Shown here in pieces: positions 13,979 to 26,722 of a stretch of 64,000 nt of DNA. Source of the DNA: Nageia nagi (taxonomy: Eukaryota; Plantae; Pinophyta); assembly GCA_050084985.1 (NCBI GenBank), contig JBITNC010000002.1:17546001-17610000 (forward strand), given 5' to 3'. A model generated the notes under the pieces. That model saw only the letters and a program-made list of their open reading frames with translations. It ran no database searches and was not told the DNA's origin. Numbering within the stretch: position 1 is the first letter of the stretch; every line of letters begins with the position of its first letter. The translations under genes were made by a program, and so were the position numbers.

Positions 13979-15023
13979 CAATTTAGAAGTGACATATAAA
14001 GCATTTTATCATGAAGTTTGATCTTTTGATGTTTATTCCCTTGAATAATTAAGACTTACATATTTCAATTCAAAGGGTAAGGATTAATTTTTATGCGAAA
14101 TTTAATTTTTCCTTAGAGATTCTTTTGCATGATTCATCTCTTGGAGGTTGGATGTTCCATGGTTGGAGTTTTATGGTGTGGCCAACTTGAAGATTTATCC
14201 TTTTATTTTACTTTCCAAGATCATTTCCATTTTTAACATCATGGTTGATCATCCTATGCATCCCTTTTGGGATCTCCCATGCACTTCATTGACTGGATTT
14301 ATAGTTAGTTACATTAAAGGGTTGAAGACCATATAAAGCATTTTAATAAGGACTATTATTCTTTCATGCAAGAAATATTCTTTGAAGATTCATAAAAAAG
14401 ATCATCTTGCAACATTTATAGATTGTACTTCTTCAACATTTTTAAAATATTCTTTTACCTTGTTAGAAATCTTTAAAAATCTTAATGAATAAAAAAATTT
14501 CATTATATTAATAATAACTCTTAAAAGATAAATATTTACAACATATAATATTTACAAGAATAAACATTAATATTTAAAATTGTTGAAATATATATATATA
14601 TTACTTTTCCAATCTCATAAATTTTCCTTCCCTTCATGTATATGGACTATTAGTTATTTGGTATTATATTTACTTTAATATTGTTGTTAAGTAGTTAACA
14701 ACTATAAGAAGAAATCTAGATTTTATTTATCTAGGTAGGGCCCACCTTATCTTAACAAAGTAGTAGAACTAGGTTATAGATTTGATAGGTTATTTTTTGC
14801 ATTATAAATAATTTTTCTTTGATCCTCGATTTTTGCTATAGAAGAGAAGAATCATTTAACTTGAGCTTGTCCTATTATTAGCTTATTCATAAAAATATCT
14901 CATTTTAATTAATAACCTTGTTTAATAGTTTAACTATATATTTGAAATTCATAAGAATATTTATCAATCAGATAAGATATTAATATTTGGATTTGATGGT
15001 AATCCAATTTAGAAGTGACATAT

Positions 15024-16472
15024 GTTTTTTGATAAATTATGGGTAAATTTGAATTATAAAAAAAAAGTGAAAGGGCTTTGAGAACCTTGTATACCAAAAG
15101 GTTTTGCTTTATATACAATACAATTCATAAGAGTATAAGCTAAGGTAGTTTCTTATGTCAACATAGAAGAATGAAGCATGATAGATATAACTTAAGTGAT
15201 TGTAAAATGAAGTAGTATGTAAAATAAAATAGATCACATTATTATTTTTTATCTAGTATTATGTCATTTACTAACCTGGTTACTTGTGTTTCATGTTGGG
15301 GTGCTTACGATCTTTTCCTTTTCCTTTTGTTTTTTATTTTTTATTTTTGTCTTTTGAAATATTGTCCCACAAAACAATTTATATCCTTTGTTTGGTCTTC
15401 TATAAAGTAAGATTTCATCATAATTCAAGCCTCTTTCAATCTATACTTCATCAGTATAGTATTCTTTCTTTATGCAATCTACTCCCTATGCTTCGTTTTC
15501 AACTATGTTTTCTATTTGTTCATCATCCAAATCATCTTCTTGGTGAGTATTTACTTCTTCATCATCTAATTCTACCTTTTCCCTCTTCTTATATTCCTTC
15601 CTCGCCTTACTCTGCCTCATTAACTTCTTTCTTTGGAGGAGACTTCATTTCTTCTTCTTAGTCTCCTTCTTTCTTGTAGTTAGGAGACTTATGACTTTCT
15701 TCAAATTGGGTATCATTGACTTGTGATATTATAGTGTCAATTATATCATGCAGGAATTCATCATTAATGTTGCTTAAAGGTTCAAATCTATTTTTCTTTA
15801 CTTCTTCATTTTTTTTTTGGTTTTGTTTGAGGATTTATCCTTAGTGATTGTTGTTTCCTTTTCATATCTTGTTGATCCTCCCTTTACTCTTGTACTTGTA
15901 CCTTTTAAGTTCCTTCACCATCTACATTTCCTATCTTTTCTTTCCCTCTATTCATAGGCATATTTGCATTTTATAGCCTAATTCTAGTTGGTCTCCATTG
16001 TCCATTATATCTTTTTTGATATGGTTTTTCTCTCTATTGATGCTGTACTTGTTGCTTTATTTTTATAGGATAATCTTTTTTTGGGTGCTGAAAAGTCTTA
16101 CACACTAAACATGCTATAGGATTCAAGTCATACAAAATTTCTTGGTAATGATCTCCATTCTTATTTTTCATGCAATTTTTTGTTTGGAGGGGTTTCAATA
16201 CATAGATATTGGCACATAATCTTGCCATATTAAATGCATATCCTCCTCTAGTATTTTTATCTAGACATATAAAATCTTCCAATGTGGATGATACCCCAAT
16301 GATAAATTTTGTAAATAAAAAATCTAGTTGGAGGTTGGGCAAGGATATCCACATAGGCACCACTGATAAAGTTTCATTCTTTAGATGAAACCTTGCATAC
16401 CATTTTTAATATGCAAACCACTTTACCCAAACCACCATGGGCCATTTTCCAAAACCCATTGCAAATATTCTT
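15024..16472 (-). mobile_element. ORF1-only L1-like element, copy 2
   Basis: ORF 16034-16363 (VPMWISLPNLQLDF...ARLCANI...CLVCKTFQHPKKDY). Direct repeat caattt(a/g)gaagtgacatat at 15005-15023 and 16473-16491. Confidence 0.7.
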
Positions 16473-18518
16473 CAATTTGGAAGTGACATATAAAGCATTT
16501 TCTCATGAAGCATGATCTTTTGATGTTTATTCCCTTTATGAATTAAGAATTACATATTCTTGTAAAGAAAAATAATATGAACATATATGTAAAAATTTTA
16601 AACATTCTTGTACTTAGTGATGAAAAATATTATTAAGGATCTTTAGAGTATGAGGGATATGTTGTTTAAGCTAAAGAATGATATTGTTCCTAATGATCTT
16701 TATGGAGATTTATGAATTATGCCCTTATGATGGAAATTTAAATGTTGGTGGTGTGATCAAGATAAAAACTTATAATTCTTTTGTTATGAAGAACAATCAA
16801 GTTATATTATTCCTTTTATTTTGATGAAGGATACATGTGGTGTTATCAATTTTCCAAATCCATTTATTCTTTTATTATTTAAAGGATACTAAAACCATTC
16901 ATAAGGAGGTGACCACTATTATTATTTTATATGAGGACTCATCTTTGTCCAATCTTGTTAAGCATCCTATGGATTATGAGGACACATTCTACTTTATTTT
17001 ATGATGCTTCTTATGATCCTATATTACCTTCCATTTATAGAATAAATTATGTGATGTTTTAATTATGAATGATCATGATGAGATTTTTATTTGATCATCT
17101 TTTGGTGACACATTCTTGTTTTCTCTTAATTCCAACGATGATATTGAAGATACTTATGTGGTTGAGGAAAGTAGCTCATTAAATTCTTCTTTTAGTTACA
17201 TGGATATTGAATATCATGCTTATCAATTCAATGATGGAGTAGAGAGTATGGAAGATGTTATTCACAATGCATTGAGGGAAGATTCTTCATTGGTTCTTCT
17301 AGAGTGGACAATAATGTTTCTATTAGCCATATGATGGGAAACATGAGCACTCATGTAGTTTCCTTGTTCAAACTCCATCCTTTGTGGTAATAGGCATGAT
17401 AACATTTATTTTCACTAAAGTAAAGATCATGTATTAAATCAAGGTGAGCATTATGAATAAATTATTAATCAAAAGTGAATACTTAGTATTCTTTAGCTCT
17501 TTTAAACAATTATACTATCCATATTGCATCATATAACTCTTTTTGGGATGCGAGATATGCGATTTTGAATCCTTTTCAAGGGATGAGGATTACTTTTGAT
17601 GTGAAATTGAATTTTCCCTTAGAGATTATTTTGCATGACTCATCTCTTGGAGGTTGGATGTTCCATGGTTGGAGTCTTGTGGTGTGACCATCTTGAAGAT
17701 TTATCCTTTTATTTTACTTTCCAAGAGCGTTTCCACTTTTAACATCATGGTTGATCATCCTATGTATCCCTTTTGGCATGTCCCATGCACTTCATTGATT
17801 GGAGTTATAGTTAGTTACATTAAAGAGGTGAAGACCATACAGAGTATTTTAATAATAACTATTATTCTTTCATGCAAACAATGTTCTTTGAAGATTCATA
17901 AAAAAGATCATCTTACAACATTTATAGATTGTACTTCTTCAACATTTTTGAAATCTTCTTTTATCTTGTTAAAAAATTTAATGAATAAAAAAATTATCAT
18001 TATATTAATAATAACTCTTAAAAATATCGAAGATTTACACAATATCATATTTACAAGAATAGACACACAAACTCTTAATTAACTAAGCGTGCATGCTTCT
18101 CTACTTATTAAAGTATAGACAACAAAAATAATGGACAGTTTAAACCATTATTATTAAGCAATAGATTACACAATTTTTTGCATTACAATATAAACTAATT
18201 ACAATGGATGGGACTTCAAATATACTCCAGTAAAAGTTCTGTGAAGAGTAAATTATTTAGCCTATGTAAAAAGCAACAAATATCAATCTAGTTGCATGCT
18301 GGAACTCTCTAACAGAGGTATAAATAATTTATCCTTATGCACCCTCTGGCTCCAATCATGGCCCCTCCATTTTGCAAACAATACTGTAAAAAGATTACAC
18401 AACACAGATGTATAACGTAGCAGACAATGAAGTACACCATCCTATCCCATATAATCTCCTGCTTATTTCAATGATTTATAATACTACACCCTACAGCTAA
18501 CCATCTAGCCTGTCGGCC

Positions 18519-18942
18519 TCAGCAACACTCCTCACACAACCAACAGCAGCACAGTGCAGCAAGGCTGGAACAAACACAACCACATCAGAAACACATCCAA
18601 TATACATGCAAACAAGTTATTAGTCGAGAATAACATACCATCCTTCTATGAAGCCTTTTCTCCTCTGGATTGGGTTTTCACAGGTGGTGCTTCATCATAC
18701 TGTGGTTGTGGAGCTTGAGTTGGATACCCTGAAACCCAACACCCTCATCATCAACAAAATCAAACCAGGCAATCAAATCATCATATTACATAAATAACAA
18801 TTCAGGCAATTTTCATCTATAATAAGGCTAGGAATCCAAATGATGAGGAAAATAAAACAAAATACACACCCAGTGGAGGATATCGTTCTGGATAAGTAGA
18901 TGGTGGTGGCACAGCAGACTTATCTTGAGATTGTGCAGACAT
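18519..18942 (-). CDS. Cysteine-rich transmembrane module (CYSTM) family gene; exons 18942-18870, 18728-18639, 18564-18519; 1-nt frameshift in exon 2
   Basis: Canonical GT-AG introns. Frame-corrected product: MSAQSQDKSAVPPPSTYPERYPPLGYPTQAPQPQYDEAPPVKTQSRGEKGFIEGCLAALCCCWLCEECC* (Pro/Tyr/Gln-rich N-terminus, GF.EGCLAALCCCW CYSTM motif). Exons sum to 209 nt, one short of 210. Confidence 0.92.
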
Positions 18943-19055
18943 GATTGCAGGAAGCGTAGATGTGAAGTTAGCTTTAATTTGCTGATATTCGTCTGCTCTT
19001 CTCTCTCTCGTGTGTCTAATGTTGTGGTCGGTTAATATCAATGAGATCTCTAGAA

Positions 19056-19063
19056 TTTATATA
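19056..19063 (-). promoter_or_regulatory. TATA box (TATATAAA) of the CYSTM gene
   Basis: ~115 bp upstream of the ATG, ahead of a GA-rich 5' UTR; a W-box-like TTGAC core lies at 19131-19135. Confidence 0.6.
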
Positions 19064-20984
19064 ATTTGATTTTACTCAAGATTCTTCTTTCTAGGTGCGA
19101 AGATATCCGAGGGGAGTACACAGTAAACCTGTCAAAGCATATATCACAATCGAAATAAAGCAGAGACACCATCGTCATCTTTACTTAACTGCTAAGTTCG
19201 GTGAACTCTGTCACAATGTGTTAGGTGTGAATAGCTTGAATTTTGGCACTCAGCATTTTCTGGTTCACAAAAAGAGTAGGCCCTGCCTTACCCAAAGCAC
19301 ATGTCATGCATATATGGTTGCTAGACCCTCCACCCAATCAAATATCAGTAAAGTTGTTTTTAAATATAAATTTGTACATATTTATCATATTACATTATTT
19401 TCAAAAATGAATAGATAATTTATTTTGATAATTGATAAAAGTTAAACGAATATATAATTTGCTTAGTGTGTTAAGTTTGATTCTTTAAAAAGGAATTAGA
19501 ATGACCCTTTGCAATGACTTATGTCCAACATACATAAACACAGCTTTTAAGCTATGGAGAAAAAGATAAAGATCTAAATTTATATGTGAAATAAAAGATA
19601 AAAATTATTTTTGTTTTCTTAAGATTGAGTAGAGTCAAAGTAGTTTGCACTTCAATCTCAAAAGAGTAAAGTGAGAAGGTATTCTCTTTGACTTTAATAT
19701 TTTACAAGATCTATATTAGACCTATACATATATCCATAAAAATATAAATAGTAATATGGATAAGTTACCAGTTAATATTTTAAAAATGGTAATCCACAAA
19801 ATGGAATATTAGAAATTATAGGATTTAGGAACTAAATTAATACTTGGTTTTTGACTCTCTCAATGTAAAGCATGGTATGGAATTTAGAAGAGAATGATAA
19901 GTACAATGTACAACTAGAAAGAAATATGTTAACTATACTAGGGATATAAAATATACCAACAATGGAATCTCCATGAAAAGCATAGTACAAAAGAAGAAAA
20001 AGTCATGCCATATGATCAAGCATTTATATGAAGCAAGGTATAAAAAAAATTGAAAAGAAAATTTGTTAGAAAATACTCTCAATTATTTTTATCTTGATTA
20101 TTTATCTCCTTAAGATATGTGTGTGATCCCTTAGGTGAGGATGCATATCTCAAAGAGAACGTGATGAAGTATGCGTTAAAACCTAAATTTAATTCTCTTG
20201 TTAACTAAAAAACATTATTTTATGTATCTAAGTTAACTAGTTAATTTATTGTTATATTTTAGGAATATATTTTCTATTAAAATCCATTTCACTCATTTCC
20301 ATTCTTTGTGGTGACAGGTCTAAGGAGTGTTAGCTAAGTTATCTTGGTTGATAGTGGACAAGTTCATTTATAAAGGGAGGAAGGATTGTGATTTCATGTA
20401 TTGTGACATAATCTTGACCTTATATTGAAATGATACAATTTATACTCATTGTTCTTCAACACCACCTATCAAGTCCGAATTTGTGCCTTCACTATTTTTT
20501 GCATTCCTTATTTCATAATAACGTAGTATAGGTTTGATATATTGATAGGGAACCTTGACGAAGGATGAGATTTTTAAGGCTCTAAGATTAGAAAAAACAT
20601 ATATTAATGCATTGTGAGGTGTCAATGCTCCATACTTATCAAATATTGGTGGTTTAAATTTTGGGAGTGAATTATCTTAAGCTTCTTGTGTATAGATCCA
20701 AGCTATGATTCATCTAGAATAGGTGAACAATAGGTTTGTGGTATATTTCTATTTCAAATTTAATAAGGTATAAAGAATAAAGGAATTAGATCTTGATAAC
20801 TATAATTGTTAAGTCCTTAGCCATTTATTTAAGTATTTTATTTTATTTTATTATAATTAATATTATTAATTGAGTAAAATTATATTTTAATATTAACAAA
20901 TTTATGAACATGACTTCTAAATTATTGCAATTTTATTTCAACTACTTATGCCAAAAACTTTAAGGTTTTTTTATGTGAATAATA

Positions 20985-23900
20985 TGAAGTTAGTTAATAC
21001 AAAGAAAAATGAACTTCAATGTTCAAATTAATAATAATATTGTTCTACAACTCAAATAGGCAAGAATGCATTCATCAATGGCAACACACAAAACCTAAAT
21101 TTTGTAGAACACTAATAAACTTATTTTGAAACTTGAGCACACACTCCAACAGTCATTACAACTTGGAATAAGGAATAAATGCATTTCATAGGTGATGGAC
21201 GACCTTGATTGTTCAATTCATATTCCATTACAAAGCAAAAAAGAGGCAAAAATGAAGAGATAACAATTTTTTTTAAATGTAATACTTAATACCAACCAAT
21301 AGGCCGATTAACTAGTTAATATGCTAATTCTGATAAGGTCTAATCGGTTGGTCAGTCTGGTCTGCAAGATACCAACTCTTAGTTTGGACATGAAAGATTA
21401 AAATAATGAGCTCATATTTGGGAGTTTTATGATTATTTAAGTTAATTTTACATCTTCAAACTTTTCATAGTCCCCCTTGTTAATACGAGGAACAATAATC
21501 AAGTATCTTAATAGTATAAATTGAGATTTTGTCATAGATTAGTAAATATATTAGCCACTTAATCTTGATTTGGACAATACCTCAATTTTACTATCCCCTT
21601 CTCCACCAAGTCCTAGATGAAATAAGTATTCAAATCGAAATGTTTTGTTCTAGAATGATGGATAGGGTTCTGTCCCAACCTAATGGCACTTTGATTGTCA
21701 TAAAATATGGTAGTTGCATCTCTTTATTCCTCTCAAATCTCCTCCAACACCTTTCTCAACCACAAAGCTTGTGTTGAAGTACTTGTCACCTTTACATACT
21801 CAGCCTCAATACTTGAAAGAACTGTAATGGATTATTTTCTTGAGCCCCATGATACCAAAACAAATCCAAGAGAGAAGCAAATCCCACATGTGGTCTTTCT
21901 ATCATCAAATTTGTTTCCCCAATCACTGTCACTAAAACCTACAAGTTTGAACTTGGAACTACATGTATAATATATTCCAAAATTGATTTTTCCCTTTCCA
22001 TATATGAGGATTCTCTTTGCTAGCTTGAGATGGATAATGGATTGATCACTCATATACCTTGCAAACAATGAAACACTAATTTGCAAATTTGGTCTTGTGT
22101 TTGTTAGAAACATGAGACTTCCAACAATACTCCTATACTCTTCCTTGTTCACATTTGGTGCTCCATCTTTTTTAAGATGTTCTCCATGGGTTGTAGGTAT
22201 TGCAATAGGTATATAATACTCCATTTTAAACTTTTTCAACATATCATGTGCATATTTTGATTGGCACACAAAAATATTTTATTTTGTTTAATGCACCTCC
22301 AAGCCAAGGAAGTAGCTCATCAAACAAATATCTTTCATTCCAAACTCATCCATCATTTGAGTTTTGAAATCCTCAATCATCTTGTTATTGCTTCCCATCA
22401 AGATCAAATAATCTACATACAAATAAACAACCAAAATGATAGATCCATATTTATTAAAATATGAATTAGGATCACTTACACTTTTGAAGTATCTATCTAT
22501 TCTAGTGTACCAAGCTCTTGGAGCTTGCTTCAACCCATACAATACCTTCTTGAGTTTGTACACTTGGTATTCTCTTCCTTGAACCTCAAAACCTTGAGAT
22601 TGTGCTACATACACCTCTTCATAGATGTACCCATTGAGAAATGTGCTCTTTACATCCATGTATTGGAATGTCTAATTTTTGCTTGCAACCAAAGAGAGCA
22701 CTAATATTACTGTTTATTATCTTGCAATAGGTGCAAATATCTCCTCAAAATCCACACCATACTACTATGTTAATCCTTTTTCAACTAGCCTTTCTTTGTA
22801 CCTTTCAAGCCTCCCATCACTTTTGCATTTTATTTTTAAACCCACTTGGAACTAACAACCTTTTTACCTTTGGAAAACTCACAAAGTTCCCAAGTAACAT
22901 TCCTCTCAAATTGCATCCAAACAACATTAGAACAAGCTTCTTCATAACAATATGGCTCAAAAATAGTTGCATTTTTGAAACATAATTTGAACTAGAGGAG
23001 TAAAGTGCATAGTTTACCATTTCTACTTTGGGCTCTCCATTATCTTCATCTCCATAGAATTGAATGTTCTCTAGCCTTGTGACTAGATTTTGCATTTCTT
23101 GAATTTGGCTTCTTGTAATTCTTTTCATGGTTTTACCATCAATAATTTGATGTAGTGGGTTATCTTTTAACCATATCTTTCCTTTGTTCCCTTGGTTCAT
23201 CATCCTTGTATTGGGTGACTTGGTGTACTCACACTTGTTGGTGTTGTGGTGGAGTTAGAGGTTCTTGGTGATCTTGGAACACTCACACTTGATGGATGTC
23301 CTTTATTTTTTTGAGTTACAACATGGTTGGGCAGCAATTTTTATGGTGTTATCTCCTCCAAAATCTCATCTACAAACACTTTTTGTTGTAATTTATGATT
23401 ACTATACCCTCCCCCTTCAACAAAAATAGTATTTCTAAAGACATCAGTCTTGTGATGTGAGAATTGAAATATAACATAAACAATCCTAAACTCCCAAGAT
23501 CACATGAAATCTCATATTAACATCAAGATAACTCAAGAAGACAATATCAAAAAGTGACACAAGATGTAAGTGGTTCCTCCAACTAGGAGTACATCCACTA
23601 ACTAGATCTTACTTCATTCAAAAACATGAATCTCTTACAATTCTCTTAACTCATCTCCTAAGCATTATCCTATAACATAGCTTTACTCCAAAAATTGGTG
23701 TGTAATAACAAAGAGGAAGCCTTCTATTTATAGTCCAAAATTCCTCTTTGGATCACCCTTTTACCCAATGTACAAAGGCATGACATGCTCTCTCTTTTAC
23801 CCAAGGGGCATGCTCATGACATGGAGTGTAGGACACGTTACATTATCATATTCACTTAAATACTTAAGGTATCTAATGATACCCTTAAGTATTAGTGAAT

Positions 23901-26722
23901 TTATAAAGAGGATTAATACAAACCTTTACAATAGTGCATTATACATTCCAACATGTGAGTCTTGGGATTATATAATTTATAAGCTTTCAAATTATCACAA
24001 TATAGTATAAACATATAAGCTTCAGATTTGGCATCCAACTTTCTCCTCTTTTCATCATTCACATGGACATATGCAAGGCAACCAAACACTCTAAAGTGTT
24101 TCAAATTTAGTTTTCTCTCAAACAAAGCTTCATAAGGGATGATTTTATCCAAACTTATTATAATATACCTATTCAAAATATGCACTTTGTTCTCACTACT
24201 TTAGCCCAATAAATATTGGACAATTTCTTACTTTGCATCATACTTCTATCCTTCTCAACTAATGTCCTATTTTTCCTCTCTACTACACCATTTTGTTATG
24301 GTGTGTAGGGGGAGGTGAGATACCTTCTAATATCATTCTCTTTACAATACTAAAAGAATTCATTACTACAGTGCTCCCCTCCTTTATCACTTCTCAAACA
24401 CTTCACATGATACCCACTTTTCTTTTCAACAAAAGTTTTGAATTCTATGGAATAGTCAAATGCTTCATCCTTGCTCTTAATGAAGTAATCCCAACATATT
24501 CTATTGAAATCATCAATAAAATTTATAAATTAAGAAGAGTTACCAAAAATTTAAGTTTGCAGAGGCTCACAAAAGTCGGTATAGACCAATTAAAGAGGGG
24601 GTTTTGCTTTACATGCTTCTTCCTTTGGAAATTTTCTCCTTTATTACTTTCTAAGTGCACATCCCTCACACACTTCTTTACAATATTCTACGTATGGCAA
24701 CCCTCTCACCATTGATGGAAGAGTCTTCAAACTCTAAAAATTCAAGTGTCCAAGCCTTTTATGCCAAAGTGCATTTTTATCTTCAATTTCCACAAATATA
24801 AAGCCTCCATCCTTCTTAAAAAATTTTACTAAAAAAGAGCCTATTTATATTCATGTGAATAGTAGAAACCATCATTTCATCATGTTTTTTATCATAAATT
24901 TTACTCATCTTGTCTTGAAATAGTAATTTATAGTTTTTCTCTAGCATTTGGCCAATGCTTAACAAATTTTGTTTCAAATCTGGAGCATAATAGATATATT
25001 TTACCTTCATGATTCCTTTCTTGGTTGGAATTTGCATCTCTCCTTCTCCAAGAATCTCCAAGATTTTCTTATCTCCCAACTTCACACTTGACCTATAGGA
25101 GTAACCAAGTGAAGAGAGTAGGGACTGTTCACTAGTCATGTGGTTTTCATAGCCACTATCCAAGAACCAAGTCTCATCTTCAAGATTTTGGGGGCTTCCA
25201 ATTGAAAGGAATAACTATTATTCACCATATCCATGCTCTTCTTGTCCATAATGGGTAGAGTTTCCTTTAGTAGCTCACTTCAATCTACACTCATCCTCAA
25301 AATAATCAAATTTATTGCAATAAAAACATTGCATATTTCTATTATCTTTACCTCTTCCACCTCTTTTGGAGTGTCTCCTCCTTGATGCATATGTTGGTTC
25401 ATTTTATGAACTTATTCTCTTCCTATACCTCTTCTAAAAGAGCCTCCTCTTCCTCTCTTCCATATCTTCCTCTTCCTCTTGATCATCTACCTTTTTCTCT
25501 TCCTTTTCCTTCATTCTATTTGATGGAGAATTCTTTGTCATCACTATTGCTTACTACTATCTTTGCTCTTTTCAAAACTCTCCCTTCATGTGATGTAGGA
25601 GAGCCAATTAAGTGATCATTATCCATTACTAAGAGGTCCTTTATATCTTCAATAATGAGTGTAGTAGTATCATACTTATTTATTAAGTTTCTCAAAACCT
25701 TCTTGATGAAAACCTCCTTTCTATATTCTCTCTAAGAGTGGCCATTTTATCGATAATGGATTTTACTCTTACATTGTAATCTCCAATAGTCTCATTCTCT
25801 TCTTGCTTCAAATTTTCAAACTCTCTTCTCAATGTTTGGAATATCACATCTTTCATCTTCAAGATCCCTTGGTAGCCTTATCTCAATATTTCCCATGCTT
25901 CTTGGGCTGATACACATGTTGAGATTCTAGGAAATATGCTCTTATATAGAGCTACTTGGATGAAGGAGAGAGCCACCGATTTTTTCTTATCCTCCTTTGC
26001 ATCTACACTCAAGGCACTCCAATATGTAGGATCACTATAGCCATCTTATACAATATCCTAGTAGCCTCTTTCCTTTAGGAGATTCTTCATCTAGATACTC
26101 CAATACTCATAGTCACTCCCTTCAAACTTTGGAATGGGAATTACATATGAGTTGCTTGCCATGTCTTCTCTTATCTTCCTCAACAACTTCTTAAACCCAA
26201 TATGATCTACTGAATCTTTGATACCAAATGAAGTTAGTTAATACAAACAAAAAATAAATTTCAACATTCAAATTAATAACAATATTATTCTACAACCCAA
26301 ATGGGAAAGAATGCATTCATCAATGGTAACACACAAAACTAAAATTTTGTAAAACACCAATAAACTTGTATTGAAACTTGAGAACACACTACAACATTCA
26401 TTACAACTTGGAATAAGGAATAAATACATTTTATAGGTTATAGGTAACATTGGTTGTTTAGTTCATATTCCATTACAAAGCAAAACATGAGGCAAAAATA
26501 AAGAGACAACAGCTTTTCAAAAAAACATAATACTCAATACCAGATAGCAAGTCAGTTAACTAGCTAGTAGGCTAGTTCTGATAAGGTCTAACTTATTGGT
26601 CAATCAAACAGCTAGTTGGCAAGATATCGACTCTCAATATGGATGTTAAAGCTTAAAATAATGACCTTATATTTATGAGTTTTATGAATGTTTAAGTTAA
26701 TTTTACACCATCAAACTCTTCG
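20985..26722 (-). mobile_element. Full-length, decayed Ty1/copia LTR retrotransposon
   Basis: LTRs 26229-26722 and 20985-21467. TSD TAATA at 20980-20984 and 26723-26727. Met-tRNA PBS TGGTATCAAAG at 26226-26216. PPT AAGGGGGA at 21478-21471. gag ATG 26162; CCHC-like ~25290-25335; PR WFLDSG ~25170; INT ~24000-24800; RT (MDVKSTFLNG, YVDYL) 22288-22659; RH (GFSDSDW) ~21500-21950. Confidence 0.96.
23456..23953 (-). mobile_element. Solo LTR nested in the copia integrase C-terminal region
   Basis: TG...CA termini; perfect TSD TGTGA at 23451-23455 and 23954-23958; TATA (ctataaatag on -) ~23724-23733; copia frame rejoins across it (YNPKTH|KTDVFRN). Confidence 0.9.

Larger units (their letters stand above)
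11905..18080. repeat. Tandem segmental duplication: copy 1 ~11905-14575, copy 2 ~14607-18080
   Basis: Both copies start ttccaatctcataa and are colinear. ORFs 14148-14336 and 17654-18082 are paralogous (MDVPWLE...). Copy 2 has ~1 kb extra (16560-17575); copy 1 has extra ~12100-12270. Confidence 0.93.

Noticed and set aside
18817-19041. 74-aa ORF as a stand-alone gene
   Set aside because: It is CYSTM exon 1 with 5' UTR and read-through into intron 1.
19095-19418. 107-aa + strand ORF
   Set aside because: GTG start, no recognisable motif, overlaps the CYSTM promoter.
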